DNA of 64,000 bases from an uncultured Psychroserpens sp. (GTDB lineage Bacteria; Bacteroidota; Bacteroidia; Flavobacteriales; Flavobacteriaceae), in contig CANLEE010000001.1 of assembly GCA_947489585.1 (NCBI GenBank), forward strand, positions 364,946 to 428,945. Reading direction: 5' to 3'. Positions 40,506 to 49,383 of this stretch are shown piece after piece. Position 1 is the stretch's first letter. Every line of letters starts with the position of its first letter. A model generated the notes under the pieces. That model worked only from the letters and a program-made list of their open reading frames with translations. It was not told the origin of the DNA and did not search any database. Made by a program: the position numbers and the translations under genes.

Positions 40506-41393
40506 ATCGAAAAGTATATTGACATTATAAAAAACTCCTATTCTGGTTATTGGAATTATTTGAAAAATGAGATTTTATTTCAGAATAATTGGGATAATTA
40601 TTTTTATGGTCTTATTGTTATATCATTACTAGTTTGGCTCCTTGAAATTGCATTTCCTTGGCGAAAAAACCAAGCCTTATTTAGAAAAGATTTTTGGTTG
40701 GACACCTTTTATATGTTCTTCAATTTTTTTCTTCTGAATTTAATTATACTTATCGCTTTATCTAATACTGCAGCAGCTTTTTTTAATGATGTCTTAGGGC
40801 TTGTTGGTTTGTCAGTTTCTAAATTACAATTGTTTGATGCTAATGATTTACCCAAATGGTTCGGACTTATAGTTTTCTTTTTAGTCAGTGATTTTGTCCA
40901 GTGGAACACGCATCGTTTATTACATCGCGTGTCTTGGCTTTGGAATTTCCATAAAGTACATCATAGTGTCAAAGAGATGGGATTTGCTGCTCATTTACGT
41001 TACCATTGGATGGAGCCAGTCGTTTACAAATCATTATTATATATTCCTTTAGCTTTAATTGCAAATTATAGTGCCCAAGATGTTGCTATTGTCTATTTCT
41101 TTGCGATTGCCATTGGTCATCTTAATCATGCCAACTTGGGCTGGGATTACGGTCTTTTAAAATATGTATTTAATAATCCTAAGATGCATATTTGGCATCA
41201 TGCAAAAGAACTTCCAAAACATGTTAGGTTTGGGGTTAACTACGGACTAACCTTAAGTATTTGGGATTATATCTTTAAAACAGATTATGTTCCGCATAGC
41301 GGAAGAGACATAGAACTAGGTTTTGAAGGTGATGAACAGTTCCCAAAAGATTTTTTACAACAAGAGTTATATCCACTGAAAACCAAAAGTTAG
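40506..41393 (+). CDS. Sterol desaturase / fatty acid hydroxylase family membrane protein
   Basis: His boxes HRLLH, HKVHH, HLNH, HIWHH. The frame is open back to ATC at 40506 (IEKYIDIIKNSYSGYWNY); first near-cognate start is TTG 40560, so the start is uncertain. Confidence 0.85.
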   Translation: MEKYIDIIKNSYSGYWNYLKNEILFQNNWDNYFYGLIVISLLVWLLEIAFPWRKNQALFRKDFWLDTFYMFFNFFLLNLIILIALSNTAAAFFNDVLGLVGLSVSKLQLFDANDLPKWFGLIVFFLVSDFVQWNTHRLLHRVSWLWNFHKVHHSVKEMGFAAHLRYHWMEPVVYKSLLYIPLALIANYSAQDVAIVYFFAIAIGHLNHANLGWDYGLLKYVFNNPKMHIWHHAKELPKHVRFGVNYGLTLSIWDYIFKTDYVPHSGRDIELGFEGDEQFPKDFLQQELYPLKTKS

Positions 41394-41434
41394 ACATTGT
41401 CGTAAGTGTATATAACAAATATAACCTCATAACT

Positions 41435-42334
41435 ATGAACTACTTAAAATATATGTTATCCTTATGGTTATCCATAAGCCTCATTAGTTGTGGCGCATCA
41501 AAGACTGCAACAACCAGTGACAAGACAGTAATGGTCGAGCCAACAACTGAAACAGTAACAGAAGTTGAAATTGTTGAAGAAGTCCAAGAAACTGAAACTC
41601 CAGAGGTTATTGCAGCTTCTGAAACTGCTGAATCAACTGTAGTCGAAATAGAACATATTACGACTCCAAATGATAATGTGGTGAGAGCCAGAATAAATCA
41701 TTCTGCTTGGGACGAATTACTTCAAAAGCATGTATCAGATCAAGGTAATGTAAGTTACAAGGGGTTCAAGGCAGATAAAACGAAGTTTTATGAGTACCTC
41801 AGTGTACTTTCTGAAATCCCACCTCAAGACTCTTGGAGTAAGGATGAAACTTTAGCCTATTGGATGAATGTTTACAATGCATTTACGATAAAACTTATTT
41901 TAGATAATTACCCAACAAAAAGTATAAAAGATATTAATGGACCGTGGAACCATCGTTTTATTAAGATAGGTGAAAAATGGTATACACTTAATGATGTTGA
42001 GCATAGAATCATTAGAAAAATGGATGAGCCTAGAATTCACTTTGCGCTTGTATGTGCTGCAGTATCTTGTCCTCGTCTATATAACAAAGCCTTTACAGAA
42101 CAAACCTTAGAAGCAGATCTAGATCTATTGACCAGAGGTTTTTTAAGTGACACTTCAAAAAATGAATTAAGCGAAAACAGCATCAAGCTTTCTAAGCTAT
42201 TTAAATGGTATGGTGGTGATTTTAAAAACGATGGTAAAACCCTTATTGATTTTTTAAATCAGTATTCTGAAGTTACAATTTCACCTAAAGCAAAAAAAAG
42301 TTACAAAGACTATAACTGGAGTTTGAATGACTAA
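41435..42334 (+). CDS. DUF547 lipoprotein
   Basis: Lipobox LISC, T/E/V-rich linker, LAYWMNVYNA, TLNDVEH, RIHFALVCAAVSCP, YNWSLN. Confidence 0.87.
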   Translation: MNYLKYMLSLWLSISLISCGASKTATTSDKTVMVEPTTETVTEVEIVEEVQETETPEVIAASETAESTVVEIEHITTPNDNVVRARINHSAWDELLQKHVSDQGNVSYKGFKADKTKFYEYLSVLSEIPPQDSWSKDETLAYWMNVYNAFTIKLILDNYPTKSIKDINGPWNHRFIKIGEKWYTLNDVEHRIIRKMDEPRIHFALVCAAVSCPRLYNKAFTEQTLEADLDLLTRGFLSDTSKNELSENSIKLSKLFKWYGGDFKNDGKTLIDFLNQYSEVTISPKAKKSYKDYNWSLND

Positions 42335-43115
42335 AATTTCTATTATAATCCCAATTCTAAATGAAGCTAAAACTATTGAAAAACTCCTTTTTCATCTTAT
42401 AGGCAATGCTTCTATAGAGACTATTTCAGAAATCATAGTCGTTGATGGTGGAAGTACTGATGGGTCGCAACATATTATAAAGAAATTCGTCTCTCCGAAT
42501 GTTCCTAAGGAAAATACCGAGACGTATCGAGAAATTAACACAGCTGTTCTTGACAAAAAGCGTTTAAAAGCAAATGCTTCTCGAACTGAAGTTAAACTCA
42601 TTACTTCTGAAAAAGGCCGAGCCAAACAAATGAATCTTGGTTCAAAATCTGCAAAGGGATCTATTTTATATTTCTTACATGCCGATTCTTTTCCTCCTGA
42701 AGGTTTTGATGAGTTGATTATTTCCGAAGTGAACAAAGGCAATCAAGCGGGCTGTTTCAGACTAAAATTTGACAGTAATCATTGGTGGTTACGCTTAGCA
42801 AGTTGGCTTACACAATTTCGCTGGAGAGCCTGTCGTGGTGGTGATCAGAGTCAGTTTATTACCCGAGAATTATTTGACGATATTGATGGATACGACGAAA
42901 GCTTTATCATCTACGAAGACAACATTTTAATTAATGAGCTTTATGCTAGAAATCAATTTGTAGTTATCAATAAAAAGATAAATACCTCGGCACGTCTTTA
43001 TCATAAACATGGTGTTTGGAAATTACAATATCATTTTTGGACCATCTATGTCAAAAAGTGGTTTGGGGCTTCTGCTGATGATTTATATGCGTATTATAAA
43101 AAGTATATTTGTTGA
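42327..43115 (+). CDS. TIGR04283 family GT2 glycosyltransferase (arsenosugar-associated)
   Basis: SIIIPILNE, VVDGGSTD, GRAKQMN, YFLHADS, GGDQSQF, IYED, TSARLY; internal insertion of about 30 aa. Confidence 0.88.
   Translation: MTKISIIIPILNEAKTIEKLLFHLIGNASIETISEIIVVDGGSTDGSQHIIKKFVSPNVPKENTETYREINTAVLDKKRLKANASRTEVKLITSEKGRAKQMNLGSKSAKGSILYFLHADSFPPEGFDELIISEVNKGNQAGCFRLKFDSNHWWLRLASWLTQFRWRACRGGDQSQFITRELFDDIDGYDESFIIYEDNILINELYARNQFVVINKKINTSARLYHKHGVWKLQYHFWTIYVKKWFGASADDLYAYYKKYIC
42488..42590. repeat. Degenerate REP-like element inserted in frame in the GT2 gene
   Basis: CGTCTC...GAGACG inverted pair (42488-42524) enclosing TTCC-TAA-GGAA, then GTATCGAGAA and TTCTCGAACTGA; shares TCGAGA/TCTCGA cores with the 27212 REP. 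Confidence 0.45.
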
Positions 43116-43853
43116 TTAAGGCTTATTTCGTCCAAGCTCATCTGGATACAAATCTTGCAATCTATCACTTTGAAACACCTGTTTAGTGTCCAAGTCTACA
43201 GCAGATAACTTGCCTGTAAACGCAGCTCCTGTATCAACATTCCATACATTAACAGCATTCATTGGGACATCTTTATAAAAATTAATAGTTGGTGTATGAC
43301 CAATATAAATTTCTGAGTAATGTTTTAATCGATGTGGGTACAATTCCGAATCTTTTTGAATACGACTGTCCATGGTCAAAGCCATTTCCCAAAGTGTTCT
43401 ATCAAAATAAAAATTCCTAAAATTATATTCACGTTCTACACCATGCATTGAGGTAAAACCAGCGTGAATAAACAATCTATTTTCGTTATCAATATGATAG
43501 AGTTGCATATCATCAAAAAAATAAAGGTGTTGTTTTTTATCAGCTTCCGAAAATCCTTCATAACTCTCAACCGTTTCTTGCCCACCATGAGCTAACCAAA
43601 CCGGTTCTCCTTGACCAGTTCGCAACCAATCTTCACACCATACATCATGGTTTCCTTTAATAAATATACATTCATTAGTTTTTGATAACTCTATGAGATA
43701 CTGAATGACTTGAGCAGACTCACTCCAACCATCAACATAGTCTCCAACAAAGATAAGAATGTCGTTATGGGAGACTTTTGCACGTTCAAAAAGTTGGATT
43801 AAGCCTCTTAAGCCTCCATGAATATCACCGATTACTAGTGTTCGCATAAACAT
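43116..43853 (-). CDS. Metallophosphoesterase (calcineurin-like)
   Basis: IGDIHG, GDYVDG, GNHD, FIHAG, IGHTP, VDTG. Confidence 0.9.
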   Translation of the reverse strand: MFMRTLVIGDIHGGLRGLIQLFERAKVSHNDILIFVGDYVDGWSESAQVIQYLIELSKTNECIFIKGNHDVWCEDWLRTGQGEPVWLAHGGQETVESYEGFSEADKKQHLYFFDDMQLYHIDNENRLFIHAGFTSMHGVEREYNFRNFYFDRTLWEMALTMDSRIQKDSELYPHRLKHYSEIYIGHTPTINFYKDVPMNAVNVWNVDTGAAFTGKLSAVDLDTKQVFQSDRLQDLYPDELGRNKP

Positions 43854-43867
43854 TTTAGTTTATACAG

Positions 43868-43875
43868 CAAATCTA
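43868..43875 (-). promoter_or_regulatory. Bacteroidota -7 promoter box for the metallophosphoesterase
   Basis: TAGATTTG on the minus strand, 14 nt before the ATG. Confidence 0.55.
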
Positions 43876-43895
43876 ACTCAATAAGAAGACAAAAA

Positions 43896-45158
43896 CTAGA
43901 AGTACTGTCCAATTCCGAAAACCAATCCCTGTGTAGCATCTGAAGTTACTCCAAACCCGTAATCAATTCTAAAAATAGCGTTGAAGATTTTTTTATGAAT
44001 AAATCGCAGGCCTACACCTGGATATACACGTATATTTTGAGACTCGCTAAAATCGCCAAAATCACCTCCAGGATTTCGCCAACTTCCGGCATCAACAAAA
44101 GCATTACCTTGTAGGGAAAACCACCCTTTTTCATAAAGTGTGTGACGGTATTCTGTATTCAATACGATGGCAGCTGTCCCGCGATCAATTGTATTACCTA
44201 CACCTCTAATATTTAAATTATTATCTACTGAAAAAGGCGCAAAAGGTGTTTCGTCATTTGAAGCGACACCTAATCGCAATCGACTTGCCCAATTGCCTTT
44301 ATTTCCGAAGCGATGAAAATATTGAAAATCATTCCAGCCAATTAAAAATGCTGGCAATTGTGCTTCATTTCTTGAGGTCACATACTGAAAGTTAAAAATA
44401 CTTCGAAACCCTTCTACATACTGATAATCGTAGTCGAGATTATTGTATTCATAAATCAATTTATATAACAATTTATGCACACGTAATGCTTGCGGCACAT
44501 CAGGATTGACAGCTCCAGATTTATATTCATAATCTTCAGTAAAATAATTGAGTCCAACTTCAATACGATTGGTAAAATTAAGTTGGTATAAGCCTAAAAT
44601 TTCAAAAGACTCATTATTATATTTGTAATCTGCTGTAGTATTATCAAAAAACACAGGCTCTTGAGTTGTTAAATTTTGATAGTTAAGTGCTAATCCAAAT
44701 TGTCTTGAAAACAAGTATGGTGCTCTAAAATTTAAGGCGTAAGAATCATAAATATCCTTTTGGTAAAAACCTCCAAAGGTCATGTTTTGCCCGAAAAGAT
44801 TAAATTCATACAAGCCTAAACGATAGGCAAATTCATCATCATTAGTGGTATATACATTTGCCGATGGGATAATCGTAAAATTCTCTTCAATATTATAAAA
44901 CACATTATAGCTATTGTCGTCTCCCGAAGGAAACACTTGATAATATGCATGTGCAATAGAAGGTAAACGTTTTAGGAGTCTAATATCTTCCTCAATTACT
45001 GTAGAGTCGAGTACTACACCAGGTTTAATATTGGATATTTTTTTTACAAATGATGATTTTAGCTTCTTATTTCCTTGAACTTTTAAATCAGCGACTATGA
45101 CATCTTGCCCATAAGAAAAACTTGCAAATAAAAGTATAAAAGTAATTACCGTTTTCAT
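43896..45158 (-). CDS. Outer-membrane protein with one POTRA domain (Omp85-like)
   Basis: Signal peptide, VQGNKKLK POTRA start, LNIRG, GVGLRF, FRIDYGFG, C-terminal GQYF. Confidence 0.75.
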   Translation of the reverse strand: MKTVITFILLFASFSYGQDVIVADLKVQGNKKLKSSFVKKISNIKPGVVLDSTVIEEDIRLLKRLPSIAHAYYQVFPSGDDNSYNVFYNIEENFTIIPSANVYTTNDDEFAYRLGLYEFNLFGQNMTFGGFYQKDIYDSYALNFRAPYLFSRQFGLALNYQNLTTQEPVFFDNTTADYKYNNESFEILGLYQLNFTNRIEVGLNYFTEDYEYKSGAVNPDVPQALRVHKLLYKLIYEYNNLDYDYQYVEGFRSIFNFQYVTSRNEAQLPAFLIGWNDFQYFHRFGNKGNWASRLRLGVASNDETPFAPFSVDNNLNIRGVGNTIDRGTAAIVLNTEYRHTLYEKGWFSLQGNAFVDAGSWRNPGGDFGDFSESQNIRVYPGVGLRFIHKKIFNAIFRIDYGFGVTSDATQGLVFGIGQYF

Positions 45159-45221
45159 GTGATGGTTATTAGAGTCTTTTGTCGGTTACATCACATATCC
45201 TTACGTTATAATGGGAATATT

Positions 45222-46217
45222 TTACTCGGTTTTATAAAATGTTTGTATGATTGCTTCAACTGGTTTATTTTGAGGTGTAAACTGGTTATCTTTTTTTCCT
45301 CCAACTTTATCATGCGCGTGGAACCATTTCCAAACAAACCCACCTGCAAACCAATCTTCATTCCAAAACTCTTCAAAGAGGGCTTGTGTTGCGTTGGTTT
45401 GTCCTTCAAAGTTTAATGACGTAATAGTATGATCACTTTCCCATGGCTCTTTACCAGTATAATCCATACTTCGGTAGCCATATTCAGTAAATAAAATAGG
45501 TTTTTTATGTGTATCAGAAAGAGACTTAATTACTGTTTTATGTTTTTGCCATCCAGCTTTACATTCTGCAACAGTAGGTGTTTGTTTATCACTTACCGGA
45601 AAATAAGCATCAACACCAATATAGTCGACATCACTCCAAAATGGCGTGCGTTTAAATTCATCCCAATTGGCAGCATAGGTTAGTTTCCCTTTATAAATAG
45701 TTTTGATTTCTTTAATCAAATTATGCCAATAATCTGGTCGCGCTTTTACAAAGTTTTCTAATTCGGTACCAATACATAAGAGCTCTGCTTTGGTTTCTTG
45801 AGCCAATTCAGCATATTCTAAAATAAAGCTCGAATAAGAATCTTCAAGAGTTTTCCAGTCTTCTTCATTAGTCATTTTGATATAACCTGTAAACTCACCA
45901 TTCCAAACCCAAATTTGTGGTTTGACCATTATTTTGATATTTTTCTTTCTAAGTTCTCCTATATATTGCTTAGCTCCTGCTCTAGTTTCTCCAAACCATT
46001 GTCTGCTAGTATTATGTACAATTTCTGAATGAGATAAGCTACGAAGAAAGCCAAAAGGCATGATTGCAGCATAATTGGCACCAACATTAACTGCAGGGTT
46101 GGTATGTGTATCGTCAATGGCATCTGGTGAAGCTACAAAGCTTACACCATTAACTTTTTCAGGTTGCGCACCACATGATGCGAAAAGAAAAAACAAGGTT
46201 AGGAGTCTAAAAATCAT
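45222..46217 (-). CDS. GH113-like glycoside hydrolase lipoprotein
   Basis: Lipobox FASC, MVKPQIW, IGTEL (acid/base), TYAANWD, GVDAYFP, FTEYGY (nucleophile), GGFVWKW. Confidence 0.8.
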   Translation of the reverse strand: MIFRLLTLFFLFASCGAQPEKVNGVSFVASPDAIDDTHTNPAVNVGANYAAIMPFGFLRSLSHSEIVHNTSRQWFGETRAGAKQYIGELRKKNIKIMVKPQIWVWNGEFTGYIKMTNEEDWKTLEDSYSSFILEYAELAQETKAELLCIGTELENFVKARPDYWHNLIKEIKTIYKGKLTYAANWDEFKRTPFWSDVDYIGVDAYFPVSDKQTPTVAECKAGWQKHKTVIKSLSDTHKKPILFTEYGYRSMDYTGKEPWESDHTITSLNFEGQTNATQALFEEFWNEDWFAGGFVWKWFHAHDKVGGKKDNQFTPQNKPVEAIIQTFYKTE

Positions 46218-46262
46218 AAACTATATATATAATTGGTTTAGACTCCTAATTTATTCTAAAGA

Positions 46263-47132
46263 CTAAAACAAAGCTCTTAAGCCTATGTTAAATGTTTGTC
46301 CGAGACCTGTATTATTTCCTCGAACGAAATTGGTATATAAGGTTTCAATATTTAAAACTTTGGTCAATTGGTACTTTGCCCCTCCTCCAATTGCGGTGAA
46401 ATCTTGCTCAAAATCATTTCCAGTATCAATACGCTGTGAGTGTTGAACCAATCCTAGGATTGTAAATTTCTGACTTGGAAAATAACTTAAAAACACGCCT
46501 GGTGTTAATGACAAACTGTTGTTTGCAAAACTATCTTCCTTTTTCCCGAAGTTATATTCGGTATTAAGTTCAGTAAATAATTGCCAATCTCCACTTGGAA
46601 ATGTATAATCATAGAAAAAACGATTTTGAAAAATAAATCCGTTTTGGTCTAAAAACACGCCATTTTCTGTTTCATTATCTACTAACGGAATATGAAAAGC
46701 AGTTTGAATGGTAAAATTACTGATACTCTTTATTGGGTTAAACTTCACTGCTGGTGCAAAAGACGTAAATCCTGAACGTGCTGTTCCACTTTCACCATCA
46801 AACGAAAACACATCTAATGCATTTCTATCGTTGATTACATTTGAACGAAACTCTAGCAACAGCCCAACATTGAAATTACTATTATCAGACACTCCTGTGA
46901 AGATATCGATAGTTGATGTGAAAAATGTTTGACGTGGTTCTTTTCCATCAGAAAATGTGCTTTCAGTTTGGGTGTAAAGGTTGTTAAACCATTTGATGTC
47001 CCATTGTCCTTTGTTTAATAATTTTGAAGGTGTGTATTCTTGAATAACACTCTTTTCAGACGCTTCATCTTCTTGTGAAAATCCTGTAAAAGCTATACTT
47101 ATGATTGCTACTAATGTGATTATTTTTTTCAT
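46263..47132 (-). CDS. Putative outer-membrane beta-barrel protein
   Basis: Signal peptide, alternating aromatic beta-strands, C-terminal GLRALF. Confidence 0.6.
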   Translation of the reverse strand: MKKIITLVAIISIAFTGFSQEDEASEKSVIQEYTPSKLLNKGQWDIKWFNNLYTQTESTFSDGKEPRQTFFTSTIDIFTGVSDNSNFNVGLLLEFRSNVINDRNALDVFSFDGESGTARSGFTSFAPAVKFNPIKSISNFTIQTAFHIPLVDNETENGVFLDQNGFIFQNRFFYDYTFPSGDWQLFTELNTEYNFGKKEDSFANNSLSLTPGVFLSYFPSQKFTILGLVQHSQRIDTGNDFEQDFTAIGGGAKYQLTKVLNIETLYTNFVRGNNTGLGQTFNIGLRALF

Positions 47133-47164
47133 TTCAATTTTTTTTTTGGTTGTTGAATTTTTCT

Positions 47165-47872
47165 TTATTGTTTATTTAAACTCCAGTTATATGGATAGTA
47201 AGACACTTTAGATTTTGGAGCTATACTTTCTGTTCTAAAATTGTTTATGTAATCTATCTCGTTTCCATTTTTAATGAAATCCTCTTTATACCACTTAAAA
47301 ATTTCTGAAAGCTCCACTTTATTCTTTTTCACTTTGATGAAATTTGAATCATTAAGTGCTATTTCAGTTTGTTTTTGTAATTGTGTGTCTAAAGTGTTTG
47401 GTAAATAGGCTGTATTGATTAAGGGCGGACAACCAACAGCACCACACACTAATACAAAATGAAAGCGTGCATCTCCAAATTGAGCTCTTAATTTTTTATT
47501 TTCAATGTCATTAAGCGTAATAGATGTTCCAGCAATAGTATACTTAGTTTTATCAAAGAAACCTGCCTTATCTAAAGGCGACTTTATAGGATAATAATCA
47601 ATAATTCCTTTTATGACTGAAATGTTATATGCATTTATCCAAAAGGCTTGATAAACCTTAGCGTCATCTTTCGAAACTGAAACAGATTTAGCTAAGCTCA
47701 TTAGTTTATTGAGTGCATCTGGATTTTCATTAATAGTAGCGTAATCCACTTTTCCGTTTGAAACATTTACTTTAAAGAACGCATCTGCCGCTTTAAAAAA
47801 TGCTGAAGTATTTTGAGAAAATCCAAAACTAATACTTCCAAAAAATGTTATAATAATTAATATCTTTTTCAT
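47165..47872 (-). CDS. DUF547 secreted protein
   Basis: Signal peptide, AFWINAYN, TLNDIEN, RFHFVLVCGAVGCP, YNWSLN. Confidence 0.87.
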   Translation of the reverse strand: MKKILIIITFFGSISFGFSQNTSAFFKAADAFFKVNVSNGKVDYATINENPDALNKLMSLAKSVSVSKDDAKVYQAFWINAYNISVIKGIIDYYPIKSPLDKAGFFDKTKYTIAGTSITLNDIENKKLRAQFGDARFHFVLVCGAVGCPPLINTAYLPNTLDTQLQKQTEIALNDSNFIKVKKNKVELSEIFKWYKEDFIKNGNEIDYINNFRTESIAPKSKVSYYPYNWSLNKQ

Positions 47873-47910
47873 GTTATAAACTCTTAAATTGAAAATTTTA
47901 CTATCGCTAA

Positions 47911-47935
47911 GTCGTTTAAAAACCCTTTACTTACA
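47911..47935 (-). promoter_or_regulatory. Candidate alternative-sigma promoter TGTAAG-N15-CGAC
   Basis: Minus strand reads TGTAAG taaagggtttttaaa CGAC, upstream of the DUF547-barrel-GH113-POTRA operon. Confidence 0.35.
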
Positions 47936-48025
47936 CGGATTTTAAAAAAAAACAAGCGTCTAGTTTCTGGATTAAACCTTACAAAAAAACTTTAATTTAA
48001 AACTGATATAAATTAGAAAGCCCAA

Positions 48026-48050
48026 TTAAGTTCTTATCTTTAGTTTCGAC
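48026..48050 (+). promoter_or_regulatory. Candidate alternative-sigma promoter TTAAG-N16-CGAC
   Basis: TTAAG ttcttatctttagttt CGAC, 26 nt before the oxidoreductase ATG. Confidence 0.35.
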
Positions 48051-48076
48051 AGATTCGTCATAACAACCAAAACATT

Positions 48077-49381
48077 ATGGAGCATATCGTTATCATTGGA
48101 AATGGAATTTCTGGCGTCACTTTAGCAAGACATATTAGAAAACTTTCCGATAAAAAAATCACAATTGTATCGGGTGAAACCGACTACTTTTTTTCCCGTA
48201 CAGCACTCATGTATATTTATATGGGTCACATGAAATTTGAACATACCCAGCCTTATGAAAACTGGTTTTGGAAAAAGAACAGAATTGAACTTCATAAAGC
48301 TTATGTTGAACACATAGATACTAAAAATAAAACCTTAAAACTTGCTGATGGTGGGAACCTCAATTATGATAAACTCATTATTGCAACTGGAAGTAAACCC
48401 AATAAATTTGGATGGCCAGGGCAAGATCTAGACGGTGTCATGGGCATGTACCACAAGCAAGATTTAGATAATCTTGAAGCTCATGCTCCAAACAACAAGA
48501 TATGCAAACGCGCTGTCATTGTTGGTGGTGGTTTGATTGGTATTGAATTAGCAGAAATGTTAAACTCAAGACATATTCCAGTTACTTTTCTAGTACGTGA
48601 ATCTAGTTTTTGGAATGGCGTTTTACCCGAAGGCGAAAGCCAAATGATTAATAGACATATCAACAATCATCATATCGATTTACGTTTATCAACGAATTTA
48701 AAAGAAATTAAATCGGATGATAATGGTAAAGTGAAATCTGTTATTATTGAAGAAACTGGTGAAGAAATTCCTTGCGATGTTGTTGGATTAACCGCTGGCG
48801 TATCTCCAAATATTGACTTTATAAAATCTTCAAATATTGAAACTGGACGTGGTGTTAAAGTAAATCGTTATCTAGAAACTAACATTCCAGATGTGTATGC
48901 TATTGGTGATTGTGCAGAACAACATGAAGCCATTGGTAACAGAAGACCTATTGAAGCGGTTTGGTATACAGGACGTATGATGGGAGAAACTTTAGCACAA
49001 ACCATTTGTGGTAATAGGATGCAATACAAACCAGGACATTGGTTTAATAGTGCTAAATTTTTAGACATCGAATATCAGACTTATGGCTGGGTTTTTAGTG
49101 AACGAAGTAAACAAGATTACGAACAACACTTTCATTGGAAACACGAAGACGACACCAAATGCATCACAGTTGCTTACCATAAAGACACCAATGAATTTTT
49201 AGGGATTAATACTTTTGGAATACGTATGCGTCATGAAACATTTGACACATGGCTTACCGAAAAACGAGATATTGATTATGTCATGACACACCTTGTTGAA
49301 GCCAATTTCGATCCCGAATTCTATAGCCATTATGAAGCTGACATCTTATCGGCTTATAACCACCAATTACAAACCGCATAA
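48077..49381 (+). CDS. NAD(P)/FAD-dependent oxidoreductase (pyridine nucleotide-disulfide family)
   Basis: IGNGISG, LIIATGS, VGGGLIGIE, YAIGDCA. Confidence 0.88.
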   Translation: MEHIVIIGNGISGVTLARHIRKLSDKKITIVSGETDYFFSRTALMYIYMGHMKFEHTQPYENWFWKKNRIELHKAYVEHIDTKNKTLKLADGGNLNYDKLIIATGSKPNKFGWPGQDLDGVMGMYHKQDLDNLEAHAPNNKICKRAVIVGGGLIGIELAEMLNSRHIPVTFLVRESSFWNGVLPEGESQMINRHINNHHIDLRLSTNLKEIKSDDNGKVKSVIIEETGEEIPCDVVGLTAGVSPNIDFIKSSNIETGRGVKVNRYLETNIPDVYAIGDCAEQHEAIGNRRPIEAVWYTGRMMGETLAQTICGNRMQYKPGHWFNSAKFLDIEYQTYGWVFSERSKQDYEQHFHWKHEDDTKCITVAYHKDTNEFLGINTFGIRMRHETFDTWLTEKRDIDYVMTHLVEANFDPEFYSHYEADILSAYNHQLQTA

Positions 49382-49383
49382 TC

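Noticed and set aside
43116-43853. Metallophosphoesterase as an arsenosugar-phosphate phosphatase
   Set aside because: It has its own housekeeping promoter, is convergent to the ars genes and belongs to a common family; only proximity supports the link.
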